Source of the DNA: Euprymna scolopes
Lineage: Eukaryota
Length of the DNA stretch: 64,000 bases
Direction: 5' to 3' (one strand)
Assembly (NCBI GenBank): GCA_053919585.1
Contig: CM132790.1
Position numbers and translations under genes: made by a program. Under the pieces are notes generated by a model, which did no database searches, was not told the DNA's origin, and saw only the letters and a list, made by a program, of their open reading frames with translations. Positions 1 to 12,749 of this stretch are shown here, piece by piece. Within the stretch, counting starts at the first letter, position 1. The number at the start of each line of letters is the position of its first letter.

Positions 1-718
1 ATGTCCATCTCAATAGTTACCCAATTCCTGAGGAGTTTTTCTCCATACATCTTAAAATTGTTGATGGCATGATTCCAACAATCAAGCTTAAAAAAACTGT
101 TATTATTCTATGTATTGCAGTATTGGATTATTACTCACATAAACTATTAGCAATGATTACAGAGATATAGCGGAAAACGATATACATCCCAGTTACTTAA
201 GGGTGATAGAAATTCTAGCTCTCAAACATGGCATAATGTCGTGAATCCACAGCTGCTTACACATATTCCAGGCTGGGAACATACATTTCAGTTATCTAGA
301 TCCTACTATTAATGATGACCATGCTGTACAATATCTGATCGTTTTCTTTTAATTTAATTATAATTATATGGTATTCCAACATTAATGAAAGACTAAACCT
401 AATTATGTTAATTAAGAAAATTATTGTTAAACAATATTTCATTTGAGGAAATCGTATAGTAAACGCACGCAACCGCATGTGATAGAAGCAGTATTATTTT
501 CTGGTATAGGTAAGAGCGAGTTGCCATTCATTCCAAGAATATCCAGTATTCTATGAGATTGTACATTCTAATTTAACACGCTTCAACATCTAATAATATT
601 ATGGTTTGCCGTGATAATTACAACGTCCCAAGGACAATACTTGGCAGGGTGTGTCTTAACATAGCTTCGCTTTGTTTAAGCAATCGACAGATTAACGTAG
701 GCTCTTCACATGTAGGTT

Positions 719-778
<60 letters not shown>

Positions 779-1130
779 ATATATATACTTACACTAGAAA
801 GGTCAATATAAAACATTGTGTATCCAAGAGCTTCCAGCAAATGACAAGACCAACACTACATTCCATAAACACATTCGCTTATAGGAAATCATTTGACTTA
901 TGCCATATTCAGATCCATTATTCCAGAATACATACTCTAACAAAACAACGAATTTTTACTACATTTATGGACATTGAATTTTCAGAGTCCTAATACTCGA
1001 ACCCTTATTTATTACGGATAAGGCAGTCTAAATAGAATCGAGATTTATAAACGATAGTGTAAAACTATTTTGAGGATACCTGTTACGTTTATCATCATTC
1101 CTTTCACAGTCTTGAACGAGTTTCACCTTC
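1..1130 (-). pseudogene. Putative divergent ionotropic receptor (IR/iGluR-like) pseudogene, copy B (partial, runs off window)
   Basis: Manual minus-strand translation gives FKTVKGMMINVTG (~1075-1115), then in one frame NKGSSIRTLKIQCP*M**KFVVLLEYVFWNNGSEYGISQMISYKR (~875-1010). This resembles the IR S1 pattern (G.EI.LL..L...LNF...NGSW.G..GM). Hydrophobic segments follow at 1-340. Stops and frameshifts are present. Low-identity match by eye only. Confidence 0.4.
722..787. repeat. (TA)n microsatellite
   Basis: Direct read. Confidence 0.95.
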
Positions 1131-1384
1131 ATTTTTAAAATAACCGTGAAATACTGTGTGTATTACTACGACTTGTATTACTATTACTCATAGTAATAAT
1201 AAAATACAGTTTTTTATCTTTACTTTGCAAAGGCAAATATTAGGGTTTTGTTTTGGTTCTTTTCTATACAAGTATTACTTTCATATTTTTATTGGTTATG
1301 TTGTTTTTTTTTTCTGAATAATTTATAAGCGTTGCTATAAAGGAAATTCGTTTCGCCGAACTTACTGTTACGTATTGCAGATCA

Positions 1385-4300
1385 CAGTATTAAATCGATA
1401 ATAATAAACGCAGAAGCCAGAAGGTTATTATTTGTAGCGAGTTTAGACGATAAAATCTGGAGTTACTTGAAAAAAAAACACAAGAGCATGCTTTGATCGT
1501 TACAGGTGATAATAATATGTCTTGAAGATAAACGGATCGTTTATGTAAATTGGAAATTGTATTGCTTTTGAGAAATAAATGTTTAACTAATTTTAGCATG
1601 GACCACCTGTAATGTAGTTATACTTTGTCTGGCGCCAAGTTAAGTAGTATAGAGTTGACTGCTTTTTTTTTTAACTAGGCATAACCACTTATCAAGGCAA
1701 GAGACGACTCGAGAATAAGGGTTAAGCGTGTACAGTAGTCAGTTGAACAATATAGTAATCGTTAACAAAAGAAATCCGGTATTTTTTCACTTTAGTGGAA
1801 GGCTCATCAAGAACTTGTTTACGTTGGACTTGAAGAGTACCATATTGTAGTAAACTGGAAAGCAGGAAAACAGAAGACAATTCTACGGGCGTGCAGTTCT
1901 AAGAAAGAAGATTTGTTCATGGAATCTACGTTTAGATTTAGGCACAGATAAAGAGTGGGAGAAATTATTGATAGTGTTTCCAGCTGTTCGAATGTTTCTA
2001 GTGAGAGTTTGGCGAGAGGCCATAGATTGAAGCTCAGTCGAGAACTTGCCATGAAAATAACGAGAAAGTAGAGACAAACTCGCAAAATCTCTTCTGTGAG
2101 ATTGAGTTTGTAAGGACGAGAAAAAGACATTTCCTAGAAGGCTAAGCATAGAAATATAATAGAAGCAATTTGTACATATTGTATATATAATAGTGTATAT
2201 TTAGTCCATATTGTTTATTTAGTTCATACTGTATATTTAGCGTAAAATAATAACTCCTATCACAATAAAATATGTGTGCCTGTTGCTAATTCATTTATTT
2301 TGAATAGCATTTACGGTAAAGTCCACTTTAACATAAGAAAGATATAACAATGTAGTTTGTTGTTTTTAATAAATGATTTGATACTATAAAAATAATTATA
2401 TTATCTCAATTATTTTCTTTTTTGGGTTCTCATTTTACGTTTAATAAATGTACGCTTTTTGGGTAGATATTTTTGCTATTAGAATGTACATAAATAAAAG
2501 CGTGTTTTCAATTATTTAATACCTATACAACTCTCTAAGATATAATGATTCGACCAAATAGACAAACCTTATTAACTACAGTTTTTTCAAAGTAATGATA
2601 TNNNNNNNNNNNNNNNNNNNNNNNNNNNNNNNNNNNNNNNNNNNNNNNNNNNNNNNNNNNNNNNNNNNNNNNNNNNNNNNNNNNNNNNNNNNNNNNNNNN
2701 NNNNNNNNNNNNNNNNNNNNNNNNNNNNNNNNNATACGGTAAGACACACATATTAAATTTGTCCAGGATTCGACAGGTTGTGGTCCCCTATGCGACACAT
2801 AATTTTATGCATTATATTTCGTTATTTACTTTTTCGAATTCATAGTTACTACATATGCCAAATTTTAGTTTTGTAAATACGGTATTATCTGAAAAAAGAC
2901 TTCTATAATATTTAAAGCGAATGTTGTTGATATTACAGTAAAACCGAACGTACATTTTTATCACGGTCTCGTATTTCTTGGTTGTGGTTTAGTTGTTTGC
3001 TTCCCGGCAGTCTTTGCCTCTAGAGGGAAAAGCTTTCAGAACACATAGGAACAAACGCAATCCTGTGTTTTTTTCTGGACAAGCGAGTGCTATACCTTCA
3101 TTGTTTTTATCACGGTCGAACTCGCGCTTCCTCTAACTTATCCCGGTCACGATTCATCTAACTTACAACAATCGAAGGTGCGCTTCATCTAACTAGGAAA
3201 CTAGTATGGAAAGGGTCATTTTCTTATCTTATAACTTTAAGAACTTAGCTGACATGGTTCATCTAGTCGCCCATACGAACACATTACGTGATAGATCTTC
3301 TCTGGGACGTTTTTGTCAGCTTTTCCTGACACCCATGTATTAATACATGTTATTCTTACTTTACCAATCCGTCTAATATTGTTATGGCATTTTAGTAAAC
3401 AAAGTAACCTGCAGTTATGCTCGCAAAATAACTCTAACGTAAAGTAAAAGTTTTATTAATCATATGTATATGTCTCAATTCGGGATCTATTATACACTAT
3501 TGTCATTTTATATTTATTTTCCTAACTACAACTGTAGTTTAATTTTCATCCGTTCTACACATAAATATGCTTATCTGATAGATCAATGTTTTGTTTTATG
3601 TTTCATTTTTCTATGCTTAAAGTTCTTATATTTATAAATATCCCTCGTTTTCCGTCTGTTATTAATCAAACGTTCTATTTAAATTAATGGTTTATACAAA
3701 TCTCGATTTTGCGTGTAGCCAGAAAGTACTAAAATCTTACATGTACAATTGATCGATATGTAACAAAAGGAGTATTTGTGATCGACAAAAAAAACTCGCT
3801 CAGATTTAAAAGACATAACAGATATATTTATGTTAGTCTCAGACCTAGCACAGTGTATTCTCATGCGAATTTCTCAGGGATTAACAATAAAAGTTATCAC
3901 TAACGTCGAAGCGCCTAAATATATGTTTTTCTAAAATTTAAGATAGCCTAGCTACTAATAAATATAAAAAAAATGTTGTTGAATATACAGAGATGTGTTT
4001 TCTTTTAATTTTAAGATAGATTCTCACGTGAACATATACATTTTATTAAAAAAAACAACAGATATTTGTTTTTAAATTCATTTGTAATATTTATAGGTTG
4101 AACAACTAAATCATCGATAGCAGACAAACATCAATCAGAACGATCATTTCACCCATGGCATTACATGTAACGCATATAAATACATATTCAGGAGACTTGA
4201 ATCGAATATTCCATACAATGTCCAAAGTGACCCAAGTCAAATTATGTATCATCTGAAATTATATTAAATATAATCGATCGGCACACACATAGAACTACAT

Positions 4301-4700
4301 CTCCTTGTGATTGTCTGAGTATTTCCATTATACCAATAATACATCCATTTCTGAATATATACTTTTGTCCTGGCCTTGATTTTTAGATTATTATTTAGAT
4401 AACTCGTTTATTCAAACCTCGTTTCTACCGTAATCTTATAAACTTGCCGCTTATAATAATGAAAATGTTTACATCGCTCGAGTAATACAATATTTTACCT
4501 CATTCCATGGCGTATATTGTTTCATGATAGTTTATATGTATTGTGTTACACTGTTTTATCGGGAAAAGATGCGAACATTAAACTTACGTTATGAAATGTA
4601 CATTCTGTTAATATAATATAACGACGGCAAAAGTTCAAAATCATATTTATGGACGAATATAACGTATGTTGGGTGTGTATAATATTAGTGAACGTAAGCA
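1385..4700 (-). pseudogene. Putative divergent ionotropic receptor (IR/iGluR-like) pseudogene, copy A
   Basis: Motifs occur in the expected order on the minus strand: SFPDK (~4556-4570), KQYTPWNE (~4500-4523), YGRNEV*INELSK (~4395-4435), PGQKYIFRNGCIIGIMEILRQSQGDVVL (~4290-4373), an M3-like stretch SERVFFV/ILLLLHIDQLYM (~3735-3805) and an M4-like stretch LSPVTIKACSCVFF/LASAFIIIDLI (~1385-1515). Many stops and frameshifts. Interrupted by a CR1 fragment and an N gap. Confidence 0.5.
1662..2140 (-). mobile_element. CR1/L2-group LINE 3' fragment
   Basis: SHRRDFASLSLLSRYFHGKFSTELQSM matches the C-terminus of the 40.4-43.9 kb LINE (RDVASLSLFYRNFHGRCSSE). Shares the 3' UTR and has a poly(A) tail (T run at ~1662-1672). 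Confidence 0.8.
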
Positions 4701-4961
4701 GTATCTGGGGATTTACGTAACACCAAATTGGCTACCAATATGCCTACTCCATTTTTATGAACAATGACAGGCGTATGAAAAGACGTTTCGAAGAGACACT
4801 ATGTCTTTATTAGGAATGAATCGTGTGGCAATTCTCTATATTCGATTAATAATTGAATCATCAAGTCAAGGACATCATTGTTAAAGGTAACTTGCATCGT
4901 CATATTGAATCATTTAAAATATCACGGGAGCAAATAAATATGACGCTAATGTAAATCCATA

Positions 4962-5102
4962 TATAATGAACACATGACAAGGGATTCCGTTTAGTAATAT
5001 GTTATTCAATTACGTATCTTACTACTCCTCTACTTGAAAAGCATAAATATAGAGGTTTTATAGCTTAGATTATCCAAAAGAACATAATCTATATTCACGA
5101 CA
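4962..5102 (-). repeat. Gypsy 3' LTR
   Basis: Starts TGTCGTG immediately after the PPT. Colinear with 12557-12697. Confidence 0.85.
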
Positions 5103-5299
5103 CTTTCCCCAAATACATTTATAACTGATAGGGGGAAAAGTCCCTTAAATGCCCAAACTCCCTACGAGCTCGCAGTGACCACTTCGGCAGTCCACAATTC
5201 GGGGTCGGAGTTCTAAAAGAGTAAGGATTTTCAGTGTTAGCGTGTTTGTGAGCTCTGAAATACCTCGCTCCGAAATGTTTCCTCCTCAGGGGAGTAGGC

Positions 5300-6111
5300 C
5301 GTTCCGCGTCACAGTCAGTCTCCCTTAATGAACAGGTTATTTCACCGCTAATTTATCTGACAATGATTAATGTGTTGGGTCATCCGAAGTATTCGAAGAA
5401 GCCTCACAGGAGATAGTAGTATTAGAAGACGTGTCAGGCGCAATTTCAGTGTCATTATCTTCCGAAGGGGTTTAAGTGTCTGCAGAAATAAGTCTATCCT
5501 CAGTGGTTGTCCCTGGTCCTGGTACGTAGGCGGCACTTGCTAGGTCTCTGAGACACATAAGGTTATCTACTATCTGCATGACCTACTAGAGAATACTGGG
5601 GGTTAATCTCTATGGGAACTACCTCGTCCAACAAGGGGGCGTTTCAGGTATAACGGCATGTCGTTCCAGAAACACAGTAGCTGATCAAGATAACCAAATA
5701 TAAGCGAAACTTCTTTCCGAATTCGGCCGCTGAAAAATTAAAACCTTTAGTGTGGGGTGGCATCTGTGGTGGTACACAATAAGGAGCATAATGCGACAAG
5801 AAGGAGATTTTCCTAATTATCAATCCAACATGCATTATTTGATTGATCCAATTAAACGGTATTCCAAAAAATGCCGTTATATCTTTTGTATTGGTCTTGC
5901 CATAAGGCTTGGAGAGAATTGTCTACATTATAGCTTAACCACGTTATTGTAAACATTATTGGAGTTTCTCTGACATAAAAAGGCTCATCGGTCCGAATGT
6001 AAGCAAGAACAATGCCGGCGAATAGTGAACAGGGGCATTGTGTAATTGTAGTAGCCGATATTTCTGAACAAGAGAAGGTAAAATGAAACCGTGAATATTC
6101 ATCGATAACAG

Positions 6112-6182
<71 letters not shown>

Positions 6183-7319
6183 TCATTGTTTTGCTTGATG
6201 TCAGTCATTTTAAATCAAGATTGAGTTTTTAACACAATTGTGCTGCTTTTATTAAAACGCAAGTTTTGGGTTTATAAACGAACGTTTGGCAAGAATTTGT
6301 AATTTGTATACCACCTTCACTGAGAAAGACAAGTTTCTTCACTTCACAGCATGAATTATTCGAGTAATGCCCGTGACAGAGATTGTTATGTAACCTTCGG
6401 AGTTCGTCTCCACTTCATACCGTACATTATACTCTTGAGAGTGTATCAGCTGTTAAGGTTTCCTTGTCAGTTAATAGTTGACGCCAAACAAAAAATAAGA
6501 TAGTTTATGTCACCACCTCACTATTTAGTCTTGAAGTCTTAGAGTTGAACATAAAAGCAACTGGTTTTTCGTCAGTAATAAGTTTAAAGTTGCGTCCGAT
6601 CAGGTAGTGCGGCCATTTTCTTAACGATTCGACTGCGACTGACTTCGTTTTCAATTGCAGGACGTCGCTTTTCAGCCCGCGAGAGGGGCTTTGAAAAGAA
6701 AGTATATGGGGTGATCACCCTTTCTAAAAGAAGCAGCAATAGCACAGTCTGATGCACCCATTTAAAAAACCAGAGGAATATTTTCGTCAAAAGTTGTGAT
6801 TGCTGATTTCACCACATCAGTTTGCAGTCCCTCGAATGACTTAAGAGCTTGACAGGACAAAGGAAACGTCTCGATTATATTTCATCAGAATGATGCAATC
6901 CATTTGAAGTAGTGAACTAACGTGCCCATAGCATGTCGAAGGGAATTCAAAATGTGATAGACAGGCATTTGGAGTAAAGGTTTCACTAGATCTGAGTCAG
7001 GTGCTATTAAAAATTTGCTTATGGTATGATTTAGTATATATATATATTTTTCCTGCCCAAAGAGCACTTGTCATCGTTTAGGCTGTATTTGTTGACGGCG
7101 GACATAAACAGTGTAACATTTTCGTCGTGTGCCTTTTTATTATGGCTACATGCTGTGACGTTGTCAATATACACAAATCTGTCTTTCAACTACCTCATTC
7201 GTTATTTTTTGGTCGACTATCCTTTGGAAGCTGGCTACTCCCTTCGTTGCGCCAAAAAGAACTCTAGCATAATTAATAAAGTATACCCGTCACATCGAAT
7301 GCTCTGATTAAGTTGTCTG
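5300..7319 (-). pseudogene. Gypsy pol remnant (RT C-terminal part, RNase H, integrase)
   Basis: VASFQR (RT); FFSKPLSRAEKRRPAIENE (RNase H, cf. FFSRTL..SE..HSAIEKE); TVIDEYSRFHF (integrase). Frameshifts, stops and a (TA)n expansion. Confidence 0.85.
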
Positions 7320-7437
7320 TACAGGGCCCCACTAATATTTTTCTGACACTTTGAAAAATGTACGCCAAGGTGATTACTAGTGCCAAAAACTGTTGAGATT
7401 GCATGAACGTAGTTGAGGAGTAAAAATCCTCTACTAG

Positions 7438-9953
7438 TGTTACATGATAAGGGCTGTCCTCTTTTCATGTAAGTATAAAAATAGAGAGATTTCGCTAAAA
7501 TGAAAATGGAATAGAATAGACGAAATTCAACCTCGTAATTTAGGTTTAGAAATAGATTACGAGAAAGAATTAGCAAATTGAATGTAAAACAAACCATTGT
7601 TAAGCTTAGAGATGAAATAGTTTTAAGAAAAGAATGGGCATTGTCAATTCTGTTATGAAATTTAATTGAGGGAATGCAACTATAGGATAATTTAATAAAC
7701 ATGTTTTAACATATTGGAAATATAGGTTACTGGGAATATAGAAAACAAAGTAAACAGTTTTTGACACGCATTTCCAGAACACGTGAAAGAAAGCGCATCT
7801 TTTAACATGTGTATGACGTCATGGAAAATGGGAAGTTCTCGATATAGTTAGAAACACTAGAGTTAAGCGGAGAGAAACGGAGGTGGAGTCTGAGAGAGAG
7901 TCTGAGGACGACAGACGACAGACGACAGTCCAGAGATTGGATTCGAACGTCTAGAAGCGAGACGGTCACCTTTGAAACTTAGAATGTGAAACTTGAATTC
8001 TTGACTATGAAAACCACGACAGGTCGGGAGAAGAAATAAACCCATCATGCGTTTTTATAAACGTCGTCTTTGTGTTGTAATTCTACCAAAAGGTAAAGTG
8101 AAAATTGCCATTATATGTCTTGTATATCATGTGTTTTAAAATGTATTTACATACACAATGTCTCAACACAAAAAAAGCTTCTACACTTCTAAGTATGAGG
8201 CTTTATATATATATGAATCTCTTCATAACACGAACACAGAACGCAAAACATCATCTCTCTCTAAACTCTAAGACTGCACTTTAATAAACTCTCAACGACA
8301 TCTCTTAATAAGACTTGCTAAGACTCTAAGACTCTAAGACTCACTTTTAACAAAGAACAATAACAACGAATAACAATAACAACAAGAAATACGATCAATT
8401 ACAATAATACTAATAATGAACTATACAACAAATGCAATTTGGAGCCGTTGCGACCAGACCACCCAGCAAGGGTGGGTTAAAAAAAAAAGAACTTCGGTTA
8501 CCACGGAAAAATAAAAAGAAAAAAGCAACACAACGCTTTGAAAGGGTCCAAAATTATAAAAAAAAAATAAATAATGCCACGGAAAACAAAACATCACACG
8601 ATCACAGAAATGCGAACAAAAAGAAGAAAAAAATGAACACACACGCACACAGATATCTAAAGAAAATATTTAAATAAAAGGCCGATATGGCGTAATGAAT
8701 GATAAAAAGATACGCCAGTACAAAAAAAAGGAAAAAATCAACCCACGAATATTTCCTTCATAAATTAAATAAAAAAACAAGAGAAAAATTGTTGAATACG
8801 GCCGCACACAAATAGAAAAGAGGGCAGTGTGTCATTCATAAGAATGTGTGTTAATGTCTGAATTGTTTAGAGTTAAAACTGTCAATCATAATAAATAACA
8901 ATTTAGAGTAAAATGTCAGAAAGTACTTTTAAAATTCTCGAGTATTAATAAAAATAAATAAATTAATGAAAAAAATACACTATAGCAAAAAAGAAGGATG
9001 CAGAAATGAAAATCAAAATTCTGCTCATTGTGAATATTTTGGGCTTTTTAGTGTGTTTTAATTGTTCTGGTCTTTGAAAAAGGGGCATTTTTTGTTTTGT
9101 TGCAAAATGTTTAAATGTATTAAGGTATTTTCTTTTGATAAAATACTTTTAAGAAAAGAATGTGCATTGTCAATTCTATTATGAAATTCAATTGAAGGAA
9201 TGCAACTATAGGATAATTTTATAAAGATGTTGTTAACATATTGGAAATACAGGTTACTGGGAATATAGGTTAAAATTCATTTTGTAAACAAAGGAAAAGT
9301 GTTTGACACGCATTTCCACAACACGAGAAAGAAGACACATGTTTTAACATGTGTATGACGTCAGGGAACAAGGGAAGTTCTCGATATAGTTATAAACTTT
9401 AGAGTTAAGCGGAGCTAAACGGACGGGGGTCTGAGAGAGAGTCTGGGGATGACAGACGACAGTCCAGACATTGGATTCGAACGTCTTGAAGCGAGACGGT
9501 CAACTTTGAAACTTAGAATGTGAAACTTGATTTCTTGACTATGAAAACCACGACAGGTCGGGAGAAGAAATAAACCCATCATGCGTTTTTATAAACGTCG
9601 TCTTTGTGTTGTAATGCTACCAAAAGGTAAAGTGAAAATTGTCATTATGTGTCTTGTATATCATGTGTTTTAAAATGTATTTACATACACAATGTCTCAA
9701 CACTCAAAGAGCTTCTACACTTCTAAGTATGAACATTTTATATATATGAATCTCTTCATAAACCGAACACAGAACGCAACAACATCATCTCTCTCTAAGA
9801 CTCTAAGACTGCACTTTAATAAGCCTTTCAACAACATCTCTTAATAAGACTCTCTAAGACTCTAAGACTCTAAGACTCACTTTTAACAAAGTAAAATAAC
9901 AACGAATAACAATAACAACTAGAAATACGATACTAATAATCAACTATACAACA
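7438..9953 (+). mobile_element. Non-autonomous or deleted LTR retroelement nested inside the Tc1
   Basis: TGT...ACA termini flanked by CTAG (7434-7437 and 9954-9957). ~800-bp direct repeats 7621-8430 and 9147-9953 are highly similar. PBS-like TGGAGCCGTTGCGACC at ~8440. A-rich internal region with no coding motifs. Confidence 0.7.
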
Positions 9954-10189
9954 CTAGTGTAATCATTTTTGTTTTGTTTGGCTTTGATAATTTTAGTTTT
10001 TTTGGGAAATTTGCGAAAACTTAATCGACACTATTTTTCAGACATGAAAAAAACACCCTATTTAATTAAGAGCTATGTTCACGTATATGTTGCTATATGC
10101 AACTTTACTGCTTGCACACTTAGTATTCATATTTAGAATAACTTATCTGTTCTATTCTACTGGCAAAAAAATTAAGTTTAATGAGGTAA

Positions 10190-10830
10190 AATGCATTCCA
10201 GAGAAAGAAGTCGTTTTTTTATCACGAAAGAAGAGGGATGATGCCCTCAACACCAGACGGATCGCTCTGGCGTTGAATCGGTCAATCTCAACCGTCGAAA
10301 ACATGCTGAGGAAAAACTCTGAGCTGAAAAAAGAAGCGAGGGAGGTATAGATCAATTGGCAGTAGGACTGATAGGAGAAGGATGGGTACTCTGACAAGGC
10401 TTTTGCCATCTGGAGAAAAAGTTACAGCAAGAAAAGTGAAGAATAAAGGGGAACTGTATGTAAACGCCCAAACAGTACAAAGAACGCTGCACAGGATGGG
10501 TTTGACGTATGCAAAGGTGGAGAAAACAATTAGATTAACAAAGAAACACAAAGGAGCAAAACTTATATTTATATTATATTTACGGATGAGAAGCGTTTCA
10601 AGTTTCATGGGCCCCATGGATGGCGCACTTGATCAAGAAATGGGCAGCCTATTGTACTGAACAAACGACGGATAGGGGGAGGAGTTATGGTTCGGGGTAT
10701 GATGTTTGCTAATGGAAATATATGCTTAGAGTGGCTGAAAACACGACAGCACAGCGAAAGTTATAAACATTTGTTGGACGAGAAACCCTATGAAGAGAGA
10801 TTAATAAAAAGTTATTGGAAAGAAAGGTGA
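10190..10830 (+). pseudogene. Tc1-family transposase remnant
   Basis: HTH-like RRIALALNRSISTVENML and VNAQTVQRTLHRMGLTY; catalytic-region ILFTDEKRFKFHGPHG and GGGVMVRG. Frameshifted, C-terminal DDE part missing. Confidence 0.85.
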
Positions 10831-11058
10831 TATTAAAGACTATTTAGAGCTTTTCAAATATGTCCGAAAAAATTGTCGTGTATGTTTGGTAAAAAAAGAT
10901 GAAAATTAAATATTTCCTTATTTAACCGATTTTCTTCCATTTTTATTACACCTACTGTCTTTATATGGTTATGCTTTTCTAATGAAGAGATTTCGCCACT
11001 CTATGATAGTTGGAAATTCGAATAAGTAAGTGTCTGAAAAATATTGTCGCACCCTGTA

Positions 11059-12540
11059 TGTCTAATGGCTATCTGATGGTACACGCTTTTGAAGTCCAGA
11101 GTGCTAAACATACGATATTTGTGTATTTCGCCTATCATTTCATCGATCCTGAGTAAGTGCAAGGCATCCAAAAAAGTAAATATATTCATGGTTTTGGAGT
11201 AATATATACCATTCTCTTCAGAAGTGATTATAACAACCAAGGCCCTCCAAGGTTATTTTTTATGCTCAACTATACACTCCTCGGCAGTCATTTTTTCTCA
11301 GAGTCAATGAATTGTTATTATTATGAGCTAAACGGCTGTTTTCATTACTATATGTCTGACGTTTTCAGTTAGGCTTTCGAAAAGTGATGCGAACTAGATG
11401 TTTTGCTGGTGCCAATCCACAAATTCTCAATGCAGACAAGTGTTCTTGTAAAAACAAATCTGTTCAAAGTATTATTTGGCAACAAAGGTTATTGCATTAT
11501 CGATAATTTAGTCGTTTTATAGAGGACGTAATTAAATAGTAAACCCACTAAACCATAACGATTTCTTGTGTTGACAATCACGAGTTTGCATTGTTACTCT
11601 GCAAGGGCAGGGTCCAAAATACAATTTGTTGATTTTTACCAAATTTACTTGATAAGATTTTTGAGCTTCCTTTATCGAGCAAATTCGCTAAAGCTCTCCT
11701 GTTAATTTTCACTTTCACAATAATTTTGGAAAGGGAATCAGAGAAGGCAGCTTACGTCGCAGATGTACTTTGACTAGTGACTTTGTATAGGGTTATAGAG
11801 GACATGCAAACACATAAAAATGACCATATTTTCGTATTTATGACATCGAGTGTATCTGCATGAAACTCGTAGGTGTTTACACATGTCACATAAATAAAAG
11901 GTGACCCTTTTATAAGCATCAGTGACCGATTGTTCTTGAAGCTTCGCAGGATACTCATCATGAGAGTCGGCAGAAGGAACAGATAGGTAGTCGCTGCGAC
12001 CACGGTGCAAATAAAAACTAGACCGCTGTATAGCACATATGAAGATATAGGCGGTCTCGTGAGCTGTTATTTCTTTAAGGGTCTAATACTCCAGAAGTCG
12101 TTTCTTACGTGAGCCTTACATAAACCGTTAATGAAGGCGTTCAAAATGTGCTATCGGGGCATCTAATGCCATCAATAGGCGGAAGTCGCAATCTTTTCTC
12201 AGTGGCCGAAGCTCTTAAAGATCTGGTCTAATTTTTTCGCCTTATTCTTGTCGGCGATTCGCAAGTAGATGTCTAATATATAGCATTTTGGGTATTTACA
12301 TATGTAGCGTTCAATACATCGTTTTCTTCTTCGTAAGTATCGCGATGCGAGATAAGTTAGTTTACTGGGTCAGAGGGGTAGTTTGTTAGGAATGCAAGCT
12401 TATTCATGGAACACCCTTTTTTCTGAATGTAGAACCTCGATGAATTTTCTTAATGTCTTCTGTCAATATTTCCAGCACTTGTCGTCTTAATCACTTTCTC
12501 GATCTGTTGCTAATCAAACTAGTCGCATACATTGTTCCAT
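11059..12540 (-). pseudogene. Gypsy gag-protease-RT N-terminal remnant
   Basis: LDALHLLRIDEMIGEIHKYRMFSTLDFKSVYHQIAI (cf. LDAYPLPRID...FSTLDLKSAYHQI). Lies directly downstream of the 5' LTR. Confidence 0.8.
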
Positions 12541-12556
12541 TTATAATTGACTAAAT

Positions 12557-12697
12557 TGTAATGAAAACAGGGCAAGAGACTCCGTCTAGTAATGCTTTAT
12601 TCGATTAAGCATTTTATTTTCTGTCCACTTGACAAGCGAATATGTACAACTTTTACAGCTTGGATTATCAAAGAGGAGATAATGTATAATCACAATA
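12557..12697 (-). repeat. Gypsy 5' LTR
   Basis: Ends ...TTCATTACA, contains AATAAA, colinear with 4962-5102. Confidence 0.85.
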
Positions 12698-12749
12698 CTA
12701 CACAAAAGTTAATATATGTGTGCGTGTTTGTGTGTGCATTAGTCAATTT

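Larger units (their letters stand above)
7322..11056 (+). mobile_element. Tc1/mariner DNA transposon (internally deleted) inserted in the Gypsy RT
   Basis: TA at 7320-7321 and 11057-11058. Imperfect TIRs CAGGGCCCCACTAATATTTTTCTGACACTT vs CAGGGTGCGACAATATTTTTCAGACACTT. Removing the element restores the RT reading HQIAIRH-TDNLIRAFD. Confidence 0.85.
4962..12697 (-). mobile_element. Full-length decayed Ty3/Gypsy LTR retrotransposon with nested insertions
   Basis: Two 141-bp LTRs (12557-12697 and 4962-5102) align without gaps, 102/141 identical by manual count. PPT (GGGGAAAG) at 5103-5110. Order is gag, PR, RT (FSTLDFKSVYHQIAI...VASFQR), RNase H, integrase (TVIDEYSRF). Confidence 0.9.

Noticed and set aside
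601-993. ORFs with YIYIYI/RERERE runs (also 5852, 5956, 15802, 19014, 39179-39421, 51405, 58238) and X-run ORFs
   Set aside because: Artefacts of (TA)n/(GA)n microsatellites and N gaps.
4780-4815. Penelope-type hammerhead ribozyme on the minus strand (CTAATAA-stem-CGAAACGTC)
   Set aside because: The core CTGATGA has two mismatches, no convincing stem I/III, and no adjacent Penelope.
8432-8677. Lys-rich ORF as a basic protein gene
   Set aside because: Translation of the A-rich leader of the nested LTR element.
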